NCBI GenBank assembly: GCA_009885805.1
Contig: VFJZ01000006.1
Location: forward strand, 16,582 to 80,581
Length of the DNA: 64,000 nucleotides
Source of the DNA: Actinomycetota bacterium
Lineage (GTDB): Bacteria > Actinomycetota > Thermoleophilia > Gaiellales > F1-60-MAGs149
Reading direction: 5' to 3'
The notes under the pieces are model-generated. The model saw only the letters and a program-made list of their open reading frames with translations, did not search any database and had not been told where the DNA came from. Position 1 is the stretch's first letter. Every line of letters starts with the position of its first letter. Below, piece by piece: positions 50,946 through 61,039 of this stretch. A program made the translations under genes and the position numbers.

Positions 50946-53006
50946 ATGGCGCGCGACCCCAGGCACGACGTCCTCTTCGAGCCGGTCGTCGTCGGGCCGC
51001 GCACGCTTCGCAACCGCTTCTACCAGACGCCGCACTCGACCGGGTTCGGGGAGCGTCCGCTCGCCCAGGCGGCGTTCCGCGCGACGAAGGCGGAGGGTGG
51101 CTGGGCCGGCGTCAACCTGGAGCTGACCTCGATCGATCCGGAGGCGGACCGCGAGCCGATGCCGACACCGGCGAAGCTCTGGGACGACACCGACGTCGAA
51201 CGGGTCGCGATCCTCGCCGAGGCCGTGCACGCCCACGGCTCGATCGTCGGCGCGGAGTTGTGGCACGGCGGCTACAACATCGTCAACTCGCCGTCGCGGT
51301 TGGCGCCCGGCGGCCCGAGCGCGCTGCCGGCCGACCACTTCCCGCTCACCTACAGCTACGCGATGAGCGTCGCGCAGATCCGCCGCGTCCGCGACCTGTA
51401 CGTCGCCGCCGCCCACCGCGCGGAGGCGGCCGGGCTCGACCTCGTCTACGCGTACGGCTCGCACAACTACCTGCCGACCCAGTTCCTGTCACCGTTCTCG
51501 AACCATCGCGACGACGAGTACGGCGGCTCGCTGCGAAACCGCGCCCGCTTCTGGCTCGAGATCATCGAGGCGATCCGCGAGGCGGTCGGCGGGCGCCTCG
51601 TCGTCGCGGTGCGGATCGGGATCGACACGTCCGGGCACTTCGGCCCGACGCTCGACGACGTCCTCGGCTTCGTGCGGATGGCCGACGACATGGTCGACCT
51701 GTGGGACGTCAACACGGCGGTGATCGCCGACCACGCGATCGACATGCGCCCGTCGCGACTCGCCGCGCAGGGCTACCAGGTGGAGTGGTCGGGCCGCGTC
51801 CGCGAGGCGACGGCGAAGCCGATCGTCGGCGTCTCGCGCCTGACCGACCCGGACCGGATGGCGGAGATCATCCGCTCCGGCGCCTGGGATCTGATCGGTG
51901 GCGCGCGGCCGTCGATCGCCGACCCGTTTCTGCCGGCCAAGATCGAGGCCGGCCGCTACGACGAGATCCGCGAGTGCATCGGCTGCAACATCTGCCTGTC
52001 GCGCGTCATCACCGCCGACCAGATCTCGTGCACGCAGAACCCGACGGCCGGCGAGGAGCATCGCCGCGGCTGGCACCCCGAGCGGATGCCGCGCACGTCG
52101 GCGCCGAAGCGCGACGTCCTCGTCGTCGGTGGCGGCGTCGCCGGGATGCAGTGCGCGCTGACGCTCGCCCGGCGCGGCCTGCGGCGCGTGCACCTCGTCG
52201 AGCGCTCGCCCGAGCTCGGCGGCTACGCGGCGCTCGCCGCCTCGCTGCCCGGTCTCGGCGAGTGGTCGCGCCTCGTCGACTGGCGCCGGACACAGCTCGC
52301 GAAGCTCCGCAACGTCGAGATCGTCACCGGCACCGAGCTCGGCGCCGCCGACGTGCGCGACTACGGGGCGGACATCGTGGTGCTCGCGACCGGCGCCGAG
52401 TGGCGCACCGACGGGCTCGCGCCGCAGACGCACGCGCCACTCCCCGGCGCCGACGCCGGGCGGACGCTGACCCCGGAACAGATCCTCGCCGGCGCCGAAC
52501 CGGGTGAGCGGGTCGTCGTCTACGACTGCGAGGGCTACTTCATGGGCGTCGGCATGGCGGAACTACTCGCCGCCCGTGGCCATGCCGTCACGCTGATCAC
52601 GCCGCTCGGTGCCGTCGGGCCGATGCTCGACCTCACGTTCGAGGGAGACCACGCGCGGCGGCAGATCCTCGCCCACGGCGGGTCGTTCCGCACCGAGACG
52701 GAGATCCTCTCGATCGACGACGGCGCGGTGCGCACACGGTGGCTCTACGGCGGCGAGTGGGAGCTCGCGGCCGACACCGTCGTGCTCGTCACCGCGCGAC
52801 AGCCACGCACCGCGATGCGCGCGGAGCTGCCCGGCGCGTTCGCCGTCGGCGACTGCGTCGCGCCGCGGCTGCTCGCGGACTGCATCTTCGACGGCCACCG
52901 CCTCGCGATGGAGATCGACGAGCCGGACCCGATGGTGCCGGTCCGGGTCCGGCGGGAGCCGCGACTCGTCGAGGCCGCGCCCGGTAGCCTTGCCGGTGAT
53001 GACTGA
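50946..53006 (+). CDS. Trimethylamine/histamine dehydrogenase-like iron-sulfur flavoprotein
   Basis: MARDPRHDVLFEP...LRNRFYQ, KAEGGW, ARPSIADP, CIGCNIC...CTQN 4Fe-4S motif. Confidence 0.9.
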   Translation: MARDPRHDVLFEPVVVGPRTLRNRFYQTPHSTGFGERPLAQAAFRATKAEGGWAGVNLELTSIDPEADREPMPTPAKLWDDTDVERVAILAEAVHAHGSIVGAELWHGGYNIVNSPSRLAPGGPSALPADHFPLTYSYAMSVAQIRRVRDLYVAAAHRAEAAGLDLVYAYGSHNYLPTQFLSPFSNHRDDEYGGSLRNRARFWLEIIEAIREAVGGRLVVAVRIGIDTSGHFGPTLDDVLGFVRMADDMVDLWDVNTAVIADHAIDMRPSRLAAQGYQVEWSGRVREATAKPIVGVSRLTDPDRMAEIIRSGAWDLIGGARPSIADPFLPAKIEAGRYDEIRECIGCNICLSRVITADQISCTQNPTAGEEHRRGWHPERMPRTSAPKRDVLVVGGGVAGMQCALTLARRGLRRVHLVERSPELGGYAALAASLPGLGEWSRLVDWRRTQLAKLRNVEIVTGTELGAADVRDYGADIVVLATGAEWRTDGLAPQTHAPLPGADAGRTLTPEQILAGAEPGERVVVYDCEGYFMGVGMAELLAARGHAVTLITPLGAVGPMLDLTFEGDHARRQILAHGGSFRTETEILSIDDGAVRTRWLYGGEWELAADTVVLVTARQPRTAMRAELPGAFAVGDCVAPRLLADCIFDGHRLAMEIDEPDPMVPVRVRREPRLVEAAPGSLAGDD

Positions 53007-53688
53007 CCGGCGAATCGTGATCCTCAGCGCCAGCCCGCGCCCCGACGGCAACTCGGTCGCGATGGCGAACGCCCTGCGCGAAGGCGCCGAGAGCGCCGGC
53101 TACCGCGCTGACCTGGTCGACCTCAACGCCGTCGTCGCGGGGCAGCTCCGCGACTGCCGCGAGTGCCGGGGCGTCGACGGCAACTGCTCGATCCCCGACG
53201 ACTTCGCCCGCCTGATGCACGAGCGCGTAATCCCGGCCGAGGGTGTGGTCTACGCGACGCCGCTCTACTGGTACGGCATGGCCGCGTCGCTGAAGAACTA
53301 CTTCGATCGGATGACCTGCTACATCTCGGCGAGCTATCCGCGCCGCGACGAGATCGCGGCCGGGATGCTCGACAAGCGAGTCGGACTGCTGATCGCCTCC
53401 GAGGAGCGTTACCCGACCGCCGGGCTCGGCGTCGTCTTCCAGGTCCAGGAGATCACGCGCTACATGCGCAGTCGCTTCGTCGGCGTCGTCAACGGCGTCG
53501 GCAACAAGCGCGGCGAGGTGCGGTTCGACCCGGCCGACCCGCTTGCCGCGGCCCGCCGGCTCGGTGCGGAGTTCTTCGACCTCCACCACAGCGACTACTG
53601 GCTCGAGGCCGAGCGCCCGAACGCCGTCTGGGGCCAGGCACGCGATGACGGCATCGACGCGGCCGTCGGCGTCTACGAAGACGCCTGA
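52999..53688 (+). CDS. Flavodoxin-like NAD(P)H-dependent FMN reductase / iron-sulfur flavoprotein-like
   Basis: SASPRPDGNS, CxxC...C, ATPLYWY, LKNYFDR. Confidence 0.85.
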   Translation: MTDRRIVILSASPRPDGNSVAMANALREGAESAGYRADLVDLNAVVAGQLRDCRECRGVDGNCSIPDDFARLMHERVIPAEGVVYATPLYWYGMAASLKNYFDRMTCYISASYPRRDEIAAGMLDKRVGLLIASEERYPTAGLGVVFQVQEITRYMRSRFVGVVNGVGNKRGEVRFDPADPLAAARRLGAEFFDLHHSDYWLEAERPNAVWGQARDDGIDAAVGVYEDA

Positions 53689-53704
53689 TCGACGGTTTGC
53701 CCCG

Positions 53705-54118
53705 TCAAGCCGCCACGACGACGGCGACGCCGACACGCTCGTAGGTGTCCTTCGCGCGCGCGTCACGCGTTGCGAGGACGGCGTCGTGTTCGAGCGCGGC
53801 CAGGGCAACCAGCGCGTCGTACGCCGCACCACCCGCGATGTCGAGGCGGGCGAGCAGCGTCGGAAGATCGGCGGCCGTCTCCGGCCGCAGCGTGAGCCGA
53901 CCGGGGAGTCTGACGTTCAGGAGGCGCGCCGCGTCGGCAGGCGTCAGACGCAGATCGCCGGGCAGCCGGGTCAGGACCGCGAATGACTCGGCGAGAGCGT
54001 GGCCCGCAACGAGCGCGGTGCGACCCGATAGCCATCGCTTGACCGGCTCGTGTGCGCTGTGGGTCTTGACGAGCAGCGGTACGACGACGCTCGTATCGAG
54101 CGCGAGAATCCCGCTCAT
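53705..54118 (-). CDS. vapC: VapC PIN-domain toxin
   Basis: LDTSV, ES, YDALV, TRD. Confidence 0.9.
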   Translation of the reverse strand: MSGILALDTSVVVPLLVKTHSAHEPVKRWLSGRTALVAGHALAESFAVLTRLPGDLRLTPADAARLLNVRLPGRLTLRPETAADLPTLLARLDIAGGAAYDALVALAALEHDAVLATRDARAKDTYERVGVAVVVAA

Positions 54119-54351
54119 CTCCGCCCGGCGTCGATGAGCCCGAAGACGTCGTCGTCATCGATCTGCGTCGTCCCGGTCGCGATCAACTCCCCGTCGACCT
54201 CGAGGAGCTGCGCCGTGCGTCCGACGGGCGTGATCTGCAGGCCGGCGCCGTAGCGGGAGACGTCGACGACGGACCCCGCGCGCAGCCCGAGCAGGTCGCG
54301 GAGCGGCTTCGGCACGACGAGCCGGCCAACAGCATCGATCGTTACCCTCAT
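54115..54351 (-). CDS. vapB: AbrB/MazE-type antitoxin
   Basis: [19 protein letters not shown]; ATGA overlap with the toxin. Confidence 0.88.
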   Translation of the reverse strand: MRVTIDAVGRLVVPKPLRDLLGLRAGSVVDVSRYGAGLQITPVGRTAQLLEVDGELIATGTTQIDDDDVFGLIDAGRR

Positions 54352-54393
54352 GGGAAGAGAATACCAGCGCGTTCCCTTCGGTCGTATCCGACA

Positions 54394-54744
54394 ATGCGCG
54401 CAGTGCGAGTCCTGGCAGCGGTGTTCGTCGGTGGCGCGCTCGGGACGCTGCTGCGCGCGGGGCTCGCCGAGCTGTTTCCGGCGCCGCCCGGCTCGTGGCC
54501 GTGGGGGACGTTCGTCGCCAACCTCGCCGGCGCAGCGATCCTCGCCGTCCTCGTCGCCCGGAAGACGACCGCGCCACTCCTCGGCGCCGGCTTCTGCGGC
54601 GCGCTGACGACCTTCTCTGGCCTCGTCCTCGAACTCGAGCAGATGCTGGCCGACGGCGAGGTCGTGCTCGCCGTCGCCTACGCCGGCGTGAGCCTCGGTG
54701 CCGGTTTCGGACTCGTTACCGCCGTGGTCCGGCCGCGCGCGTGA
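54394..54744 (+). CDS. crcB: Fluc fluoride channel subunit 1
   Basis: GGALGTLLR, WPWGTFVAN, GFCGALTTFS. Confidence 0.88.
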   Translation: MRAVRVLAAVFVGGALGTLLRAGLAELFPAPPGSWPWGTFVANLAGAAILAVLVARKTTAPLLGAGFCGALTTFSGLVLELEQMLADGEVVLAVAYAGVSLGAGFGLVTAVVRPRA

Positions 54745-55037
54745 CCTGGGCCGCGCTCACCCTCGCCGGCGGCCTCGGCGCCGTCTGTCGGTACCTCGCC
54801 GGCCCGACCTGGCGCGTCAACCTCGCGGGCGCCCTCGCGCTCGGCATTCTCGCCGGCCTCGCGCCCGACCCCGACCTGGCAAGGATCGCGGCAGTCGGCT
54901 TCCTCGGCTCCTTCACCACCTTCTCGACCTGGCTCGTCGAGGCGCACGCCGGCCAGCCCTGGCGGGTGCTCGGCCTCCAACTCGCCATCGGTCTCGTGCT
55001 GGTGGAGACCGGGATCAGGCTCGGCGGCGCGCTCTAA
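54741..55037 (+). CDS. crcB: Fluc fluoride channel subunit 2 (short)
   Basis: GGLGAVCRY, VNLAG, GFLGSFTTFST; GTGA overlap. Confidence 0.8.
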   Translation: MTWAALTLAGGLGAVCRYLAGPTWRVNLAGALALGILAGLAPDPDLARIAAVGFLGSFTTFSTWLVEAHAGQPWRVLGLQLAIGLVLVETGIRLGGAL

Positions 55038-55578
55038 ACAACACGAACGCCGGCGAGGGCACTGGCAGCCGCTCCACGACGAGGCCGCGCGCCTCGATCA
55101 TCGCCGCGAGGTCGCGTTCGGGGTACCAGGAGTTGAACGGTGACGCGACCGCCGTGACGAGCGCGCCGACGGCGCGCGGTCGCCAGTTCACCGTGCGCGC
55201 GTCGGCGACGGCGAGCACGCCCTCCGGCCGCAGCACGCGGAGGATCTCGTCGAGCGCCGGTGTGATCTGCGGGACGCAGCTCAGCCCGAACGACGACACG
55301 ACGGCGTCGAACGTCGCGTCGGCGAACGGAAGCGTCTCGGCGAGATCGGCCTCGACCAGTTCGGTCTCGGGCGCCCGTCGTCGGGCGCGGGCCAGCATTG
55401 CCGAGGAGATGTCGGTGCCGACGACCCGCCCTCCCGGTCCGACGGCGTCGAGGAGCAACGGCAGATTCGTCCCGGGACCGCAGGCGACGTCGAGGACGTG
55501 CGCCCCCGTCTCGAGGGTGGCGGCCGCCACCAGCAAGCTGTGCAGACGTCGCCCCTCGCGTCCGAACGAGACCCGCAC
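55015..55578 (-). CDS. Class I SAM methyltransferase (UbiE-like); 5' end uncertain
   Basis: VLDVACGPG, LPFADATFD, RVLRPEG. Confidence 0.8.
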   Translation of the reverse strand: MRVSFGREGRRLHSLLVAAATLETGAHVLDVACGPGTNLPLLLDAVGPGGRVVGTDISSAMLARARRRAPETELVEADLAETLPFADATFDAVVSSFGLSCVPQITPALDEILRVLRPEGVLAVADARTVNWRPRAVGALVTAVASPFNSWYPERDLAAMIEARGLVVERLPVPSPAFVLFRARRRA

Positions 55579-55639
55579 GAGCGGCGCGTAGAGTCCGCTG
55601 CGGGCAACACGATCGAAGCGTCGGCGCGGTTCGATGCGG

Positions 55640-57526
55640 CTATTGCCCGTGGCAGTGCTCCGGTTGCGGGGGGACGTCGAGCGCTGGGTTGCGGTCGAAG
55701 AACCCGAACGGCTTCAGCCAGAACGACACGATGTCGGCCGGCATCACGGGCCAGTCCTCGGGTCGCGTGATGTGGTGGATACCGAACACGTACCACAGGA
55801 CGATATCCGAGTTGACTAGACATCGGTCGGCGCCGGTCCAGACCGGCAGCCCGGTGTCCGTTGCGCTCTGCGTCGGGAAGTCGCCGCACGGCCACCGCTC
55901 ATCGTCGCGGTGCTGCGTCACCCACAACGGGTGGCGGATCGCCTGCGCCCGCTGCAGCACGGGCGAAGCGTCGGGGAGGTAGTGCGGCACGCACCCGGTC
56001 GGCACGAGCTTGTAGGCCGGTGCGAGCCCGAGGCGGTTGCGGACGCCGTCGTTCGCGACCTTCCACGCGCGCTGCGAGGCCCAGTCGTAGTCACGCCGTC
56101 CCTCCGACTCGCGGGTGAGCGGCGTCGCGACCGAGCGGAGCGCGAGGCCGTGCGGGTTCGACCCGCCGAGCGGCAGCGCCTCGGTGTGGGTCTCATACAC
56201 GGTGTTCGCGTCGCCGTCGATGTCGAGATCGAGCCGCGCGACGATGAAGTGCTGGTGAAACGGCGCGTAGATGCCCTGGTCGACCGCCGATCCGTAGGGC
56301 GGCGGGCCGTCGTCGCCGAACCCCGTCGTCACCATGATCCCGGTCGCCCGTACCTCGCACTCGATGTTGCCGTCCTGGTAGAAGCGCCAGTAGACGAGGT
56401 ACTCGTAGTTCGCGACGGTGACGTGAAACGACACGACCATCCGGCGCATCCGGCGAACCTCCGCGCCGGCCGTGGCGTCGACGTGCTTCCAGAGGACGGC
56501 GTTGTCCTCCTCGTGCAGGCAGATCGCGTTCTTGATCGTGAATGGCTCGCCGTGCGAGTCGGGCAGGACGGCGTCGAGGTAGCGGATCTCGCCGAGGCAG
56601 TCGCAGCCGAGCGCGAGCGACTGCGTCATCAGCCCGAGGCCCCACTCACCGATGTCGAACGCCGTGCGGCGCGCGTGATCCGGCGTCGGGTCGCGATACG
56701 GGACGACCATCTCGGCGAACGAGAGGCGGTGCGCGATCGGCCGCAGGCGGTCGCCGTCCTCGTAGGCGACCTGGTGCAGGACGAGGCCCTCGCGGTAGTT
56801 GAAGCCGATCCGCAGGCGCCAGCGCTGCCAGCGCAACTCGTTGCCGTCGAGGGTGAAGGAGACTCCCTCGGGCTGCGTGATCTGGAGCGGGCGGAGGTCG
56901 TCACGCAGCCGCTGGCCCGGCACGAGCGCCGGCGCGTACTCGCCCATCGTCGGCGGTTGGTCGCGGGTGCCGTCGTCCTCGATCTCGAGAACGGTCATCG
57001 CGTTCACGTCGACGATGACGTGGAGCCCCTTCAGGAAGTTGGCGTACGGGCTGGCGCCTGGCGCGTTGCGCAGCCAGACGTCGCACCAGCCGACGCGACG
57101 GTCCCGCCACTGCGGCGGAACGAGCGCCTCGCCGTAGGCCCAGAGGTCGAACAGGACCAGCGAGGGATCGGTGACCCCGCGCTCGGCGAGCACTGCGAGG
57201 ACCGCGGGGTGCCGACGGAGCACCTCGTCGCATTCGTGGTACTCGTCGGGCGTGAAGTTCGGCTGGACGCCGTGGCGTTCCTCGAAGCTGATGACCCGGT
57301 CGTGGTCGAGATCGACCAGCGCCTCGAACGTTCGGCCGTCGGCCCGGTTCCAGGTCACGATCCGGCCGACGCGCGACGTCGCCGAGCCTGCCAGCAGATC
57401 CCGCTTGGCCGGCTCCTCCAGCGTCACGGCCGCGAACCGGAACGTTTCGGACACGCCGCGGTCCCTGCGCACAACGGCCACGGCCCGGCGGATCTCGTCA
57501 GCCGTGAGCGGATCGAGCGGATGCAT
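55640..57526 (-). CDS. Copper/TPQ primary amine oxidase
   Basis: HPLDPL, AFDIGE catalytic Asp, TVANYEY TPQ motif, HQH and HH copper ligands, RPEDWP. Confidence 0.95.
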   Translation of the reverse strand: MHPLDPLTADEIRRAVAVVRRDRGVSETFRFAAVTLEEPAKRDLLAGSATSRVGRIVTWNRADGRTFEALVDLDHDRVISFEERHGVQPNFTPDEYHECDEVLRRHPAVLAVLAERGVTDPSLVLFDLWAYGEALVPPQWRDRRVGWCDVWLRNAPGASPYANFLKGLHVIVDVNAMTVLEIEDDGTRDQPPTMGEYAPALVPGQRLRDDLRPLQITQPEGVSFTLDGNELRWQRWRLRIGFNYREGLVLHQVAYEDGDRLRPIAHRLSFAEMVVPYRDPTPDHARRTAFDIGEWGLGLMTQSLALGCDCLGEIRYLDAVLPDSHGEPFTIKNAICLHEEDNAVLWKHVDATAGAEVRRMRRMVVSFHVTVANYEYLVYWRFYQDGNIECEVRATGIMVTTGFGDDGPPPYGSAVDQGIYAPFHQHFIVARLDLDIDGDANTVYETHTEALPLGGSNPHGLALRSVATPLTRESEGRRDYDWASQRAWKVANDGVRNRLGLAPAYKLVPTGCVPHYLPDASPVLQRAQAIRHPLWVTQHRDDERWPCGDFPTQSATDTGLPVWTGADRCLVNSDIVLWYVFGIHHITRPEDWPVMPADIVSFWLKPFGFFDRNPALDVPPQPEHCHGQ

Positions 57527-57565
57527 CAGGCGCGAGCGTACCGCGAAGTCGGGTAGAACTCCGGC

Positions 57566-58495
57566 ATGAAGCGCACCGGATTCTTGCTCACCGTGCTTGT
57601 TGTGAGCGCCGTCCTCGCCGCGTGCGGCGGCGACGACGAGACCGTCGAACCGGCCGCCTCTACGGTGGTGCCGCCCGCGTCGACCGAGGTGCCGCCCGCA
57701 ACGACCGAGGCCGTGCCGACGACCGCCGCGAATGGGCTCTCGCCCGCGTGCGCGAAGGAGACGCTGGCCGTCAAGACCGCCGGCAAGCTGACGGCGGCGA
57801 CCAGCGACCCGTCGTTCCCGCCCTATGTGATGGATAACGATCCCACGACCGGGCAGGGCTTCGAGTCGGCCGTCGCCTACGCCATGGCCGAGCAGTTCGG
57901 CTTCACGAAGGACGAGGTCGTGTGGGAGAAGGTCGCCTTCGAGGAGTCGTACGCGCCCGGCCCGAAGAAGTTCGACTTCGACATCAACCAGGTCTCGATC
58001 ACGGAAGACCGCAAGCAGGCCGTGGCCTTCTCCGACCCGTACTACACCACGAGCCAGGCGATCCTCGTGATGGCCGAGTCGACGTTCGCTGGCGCTGCGA
58101 GCCTCGCCGAGCTGAAGGACGCGAAGCTGGGATCGCAGATCGGCACGTCGAGCCTGGAAGCGGCCAAGGACGTGATTGCACCGTCCCAGGAGGTGCAGGT
58201 CTACAACGACACCTCGACGGCAACCGCCGCGCTCCGCAACGGCCAGATCGACGGCATCGTCGTCGACCTGCCGACGGCGCTCTTCATCAACGCCGTCGAG
58301 CTCGAGTTTGCCGGCAAGGTCGTCGGCCAGTTCAGCGCCCCGGGCGGTGACGACTGGGGGCTCCTGTCCGAGAAGGACTCGGCCCTGACGTCGTGCCTGA
58401 ACGAGGCGCTCGCGGCGCTCAAGGCGTCCGGGAAGCTCGAGGCGCTGACCACCGAGTGGATGTCGACGTCAGCCGAAGCTCCGGTCCTGCAGTAG
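57566..58495 (+). CDS. Polar amino-acid ABC substrate-binding lipoprotein
   Basis: Lipobox LAAC; SITEDRK..VAFSDPY. Confidence 0.9.
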   Translation: MKRTGFLLTVLVVSAVLAACGGDDETVEPAASTVVPPASTEVPPATTEAVPTTAANGLSPACAKETLAVKTAGKLTAATSDPSFPPYVMDNDPTTGQGFESAVAYAMAEQFGFTKDEVVWEKVAFEESYAPGPKKFDFDINQVSITEDRKQAVAFSDPYYTTSQAILVMAESTFAGAASLAELKDAKLGSQIGTSSLEAAKDVIAPSQEVQVYNDTSTATAALRNGQIDGIVVDLPTALFINAVELEFAGKVVGQFSAPGGDDWGLLSEKDSALTSCLNEALAALKASGKLEALTTEWMSTSAEAPVLQ

Positions 58496-59334
58496 GCGGC
58501 GCCTCCCGCCGGGAGGTCCGCGAGCAGGCCAGACGCGCACGGGCGCGCCGGGGACGACTGATCTCCGGCGCGTCGACCGTCGTCGTCATCGGCCTGGTGC
58601 TGCTCGCGATCGTCACCTCGCCAGGGTTCGAGGATGTCCAGCGGCTGTTCTTCAGCTGGGAGCACTTCTCCGAGGCGTTTCCCGACGTACTGCGCGGGTT
58701 CTGGCTCGATGTGAAGCTGTTCGTGGCGGTCGAGATCGTCGTGCTCGTGCTGGGGCTCGCCGTCGCCCTCGCCCGTCTCGCGCGCTCGCCGGCGCTCACG
58801 CCGCTCCGGCTCGGCGCCGCCGTCTACACCGACGTGTTCCGAGGTCTGCCGACGATCCTCGTCGTCTTCCTGATCGGGTTCGGGGTGCCGGCGCTCGGGT
58901 TCGGCTTCGTGCCCGACGACGTTGTCGTGCTCGGCGCGATCGCGCTCGCTCTGTCGTACGGCGCCTACGTCGCGGAGGTGTACCGCGCCGGGATCGCGTC
59001 CGTCCACCCGTCGCAGCGATCGGCCGCGCGCGCGCTCGGGCTGACGCAGCCGCAGGCGATGCGCTTCGTGATCCTGCCGCAGGCCGTCCGGCGGGTCGTG
59101 CCGCCGCTGCTGAACGACTTCATCTCGCTGCAGAAGGACGTCGCGCTCGTCTCGATCCTCGGCCCGCTCGAGGCGTTCCGCCAGGCGCAGGTCTACGCGT
59201 CGCTGAAGTTCAACTTCACGCCGCTGCTCGCGGCGGCGCTCCTCTACCTGTGCGTAACGATTCCGCTGTCGCGGATCGTCGACCACCTGCAGGCCAAGTC
59301 CGAGCGCGAGCGCGCCGCCGGCGGTGCGGTGTGA
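58456..59334 (+). CDS. Polar amino-acid ABC permease (start uncertain)
   Basis: FRGLP, AYVAEVYRAG, VILPQA, KD. Confidence 0.88.
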   Translation: MDVDVSRSSGPAVGGASRREVREQARRARARRGRLISGASTVVVIGLVLLAIVTSPGFEDVQRLFFSWEHFSEAFPDVLRGFWLDVKLFVAVEIVVLVLGLAVALARLARSPALTPLRLGAAVYTDVFRGLPTILVVFLIGFGVPALGFGFVPDDVVVLGAIALALSYGAYVAEVYRAGIASVHPSQRSAARALGLTQPQAMRFVILPQAVRRVVPPLLNDFISLQKDVALVSILGPLEAFRQAQVYASLKFNFTPLLAAALLYLCVTIPLSRIVDHLQAKSERERAAGGAV

Positions 59335-60065
59335 CGCCGGTCGTCGAGTTGCAGGGCGTGACGAAGGCGTTCGGCGAGCGGCCGGTGCTGCGAGGCATCG
59401 ACCTCGCCGTGGACGAGCATCGGGCCGTGGTCCTGATCGGCGCGTCGGGATCCGGGAAGTCGACGCTGCTGCGCTGCATCGACCTGCTCGACGAGATCGA
59501 CGACGGCGACATCCTGCTCGACGGCGACGTCATCACCGACCTCGCCGTGAACGTCGACCGGGTGCGGGCGCGCATCGGCTTCGTCTTCCAGCAGTTCAAC
59601 CTCTTCCCGCACCTCGACGTGCTCGCGAACGTCGTGCTCGCGCCCGTCCACGTCCATGGCGCCGGGCGCCGCGACGCCGAGGACCGTGCACGGGAACTGC
59701 TTGCGCGGTTCGGCCTCGAAGGGCGTGAGCGCGACTATCCGGACCGGCTGTCCGGCGGTCAGCAGCAACGCGTCGCGATCGTCCGCGCCCTCGCGACCTC
59801 GCCGCGCCTGATACTGCTCGACGAGGTGACCTCGGCGCTCGACCCGGAACTCGTCGGCGAGGTGCTCGAGGTGATCGCAGGGCTGAAGGAGGAGGGCATG
59901 ACGATGGTGATCGCGACCCACGAGATGGCGTTCGCGCGGGAGGTGGCGGACGAGGTCTGCTTCCTGCACGAGGGCGTGATCCTCGAGCGCGGCGCTCCGG
60001 CGACGCTGTTCGGGAGTCCGGCGCGGCCGGAGACGCGCCGCTTCCTCGAGCGCGTGCGCGCTTAG
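59331..60065 (+). CDS. Polar amino-acid ABC ATPase
   Basis: GASGSGKS, FNLFPH, LSGGQQQR, SALDPE. Confidence 0.92.
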   Translation: MTPVVELQGVTKAFGERPVLRGIDLAVDEHRAVVLIGASGSGKSTLLRCIDLLDEIDDGDILLDGDVITDLAVNVDRVRARIGFVFQQFNLFPHLDVLANVVLAPVHVHGAGRRDAEDRARELLARFGLEGRERDYPDRLSGGQQQRVAIVRALATSPRLILLDEVTSALDPELVGEVLEVIAGLKEEGMTMVIATHEMAFAREVADEVCFLHEGVILERGAPATLFGSPARPETRRFLERVRA

Positions 60066-60079
60066 TAGGCGACGGCACC

Positions 60080-61039
60080 GTGAAGCTCCTCGTCGTCGCA
60101 TCCGCGGGAACCGACTTCGCGCCGATCCTCGACGCCCTGCCGTCCGGCGTCACGGCGCGCGCCGGGACCGCCGCCGACCTCGTCCCGCACGCCGCCGACG
60201 CCGACGCGATCGTCAGCTTCTTCGCCGGCGCCGATCAGATCCGCCCCGTCTTTCTCGCCGCGCCGCGGCTGCGCTGGCTGCATGTGATGTCGGCCGGCGT
60301 CGAGTACGTGCTGTTCGACGAGCTGGTACGCAGCGCCGTCGCGACGACGAACGCACGCGGCGCCTTCAGTCGTCCACTCGCCGAGTTCGCGATCGCCGGC
60401 GCGCTCCACTTCACGAAGCGCATCGACGACCTGCGCGGCCTGCAGGCGGCGCGTACCTGGGACACCGACTTCGTCGTCGGCGAGCTGCACGGCCAGACGA
60501 TGGCGATCGCCGGCTACGGCGACATCGGCCGCGCCTGTGCGCGGCTCGCGCGTGCGCTCGGCATGCGGGTCGTCGCCCAGCGGCGCCGGCCCGAACTCTC
60601 CATCGGCGACGGCCTCGTCGACCGCACGCTCGGCCCGGACGGTCTCGTCGAGCTGGCGCAGGTCGCGGACGTCCTTGTGATCGCCGCGCCGCTGACGCCC
60701 GAGACGCGGGGGATGATCTCCGCCGACGTGATCGCCGCCCTGCGACCGCACACGATCGTCGTCAACGTCGGCCGCGGCGCCGTCGTCGACGAGGCTGCGC
60801 TCGCCGCGGCGCTCACCGCCGGCCGCATCCGCGGCGCCGCACTCGACGTCTTCGCGACCGAGCCGCTGCCGGCGTCGAGTCCGCTCTGGGCGCTCGACAA
60901 CGTCGTGATCTCGCCCCACGCGGCCGACCGGACCGCCGACATGTACGGCGACGCGATCCTTGGCCTGGTCGCAAACGTCGAGCGGTTCCTGCGCGGCGAG
61001 CCGCTCGACAACCGATTCGATCCGTCGGTGGGGTACTGA
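60080..61039 (+). CDS. D-2-hydroxyacid dehydrogenase family
   Basis: GYGDIG, PLTPET, NVGRG, LDVF..EPL, SPH. Confidence 0.9.
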   Translation: MKLLVVASAGTDFAPILDALPSGVTARAGTAADLVPHAADADAIVSFFAGADQIRPVFLAAPRLRWLHVMSAGVEYVLFDELVRSAVATTNARGAFSRPLAEFAIAGALHFTKRIDDLRGLQAARTWDTDFVVGELHGQTMAIAGYGDIGRACARLARALGMRVVAQRRRPELSIGDGLVDRTLGPDGLVELAQVADVLVIAAPLTPETRGMISADVIAALRPHTIVVNVGRGAVVDEAALAAALTAGRIRGAALDVFATEPLPASSPLWALDNVVISPHAADRTADMYGDAILGLVANVERFLRGEPLDNRFDPSVGY

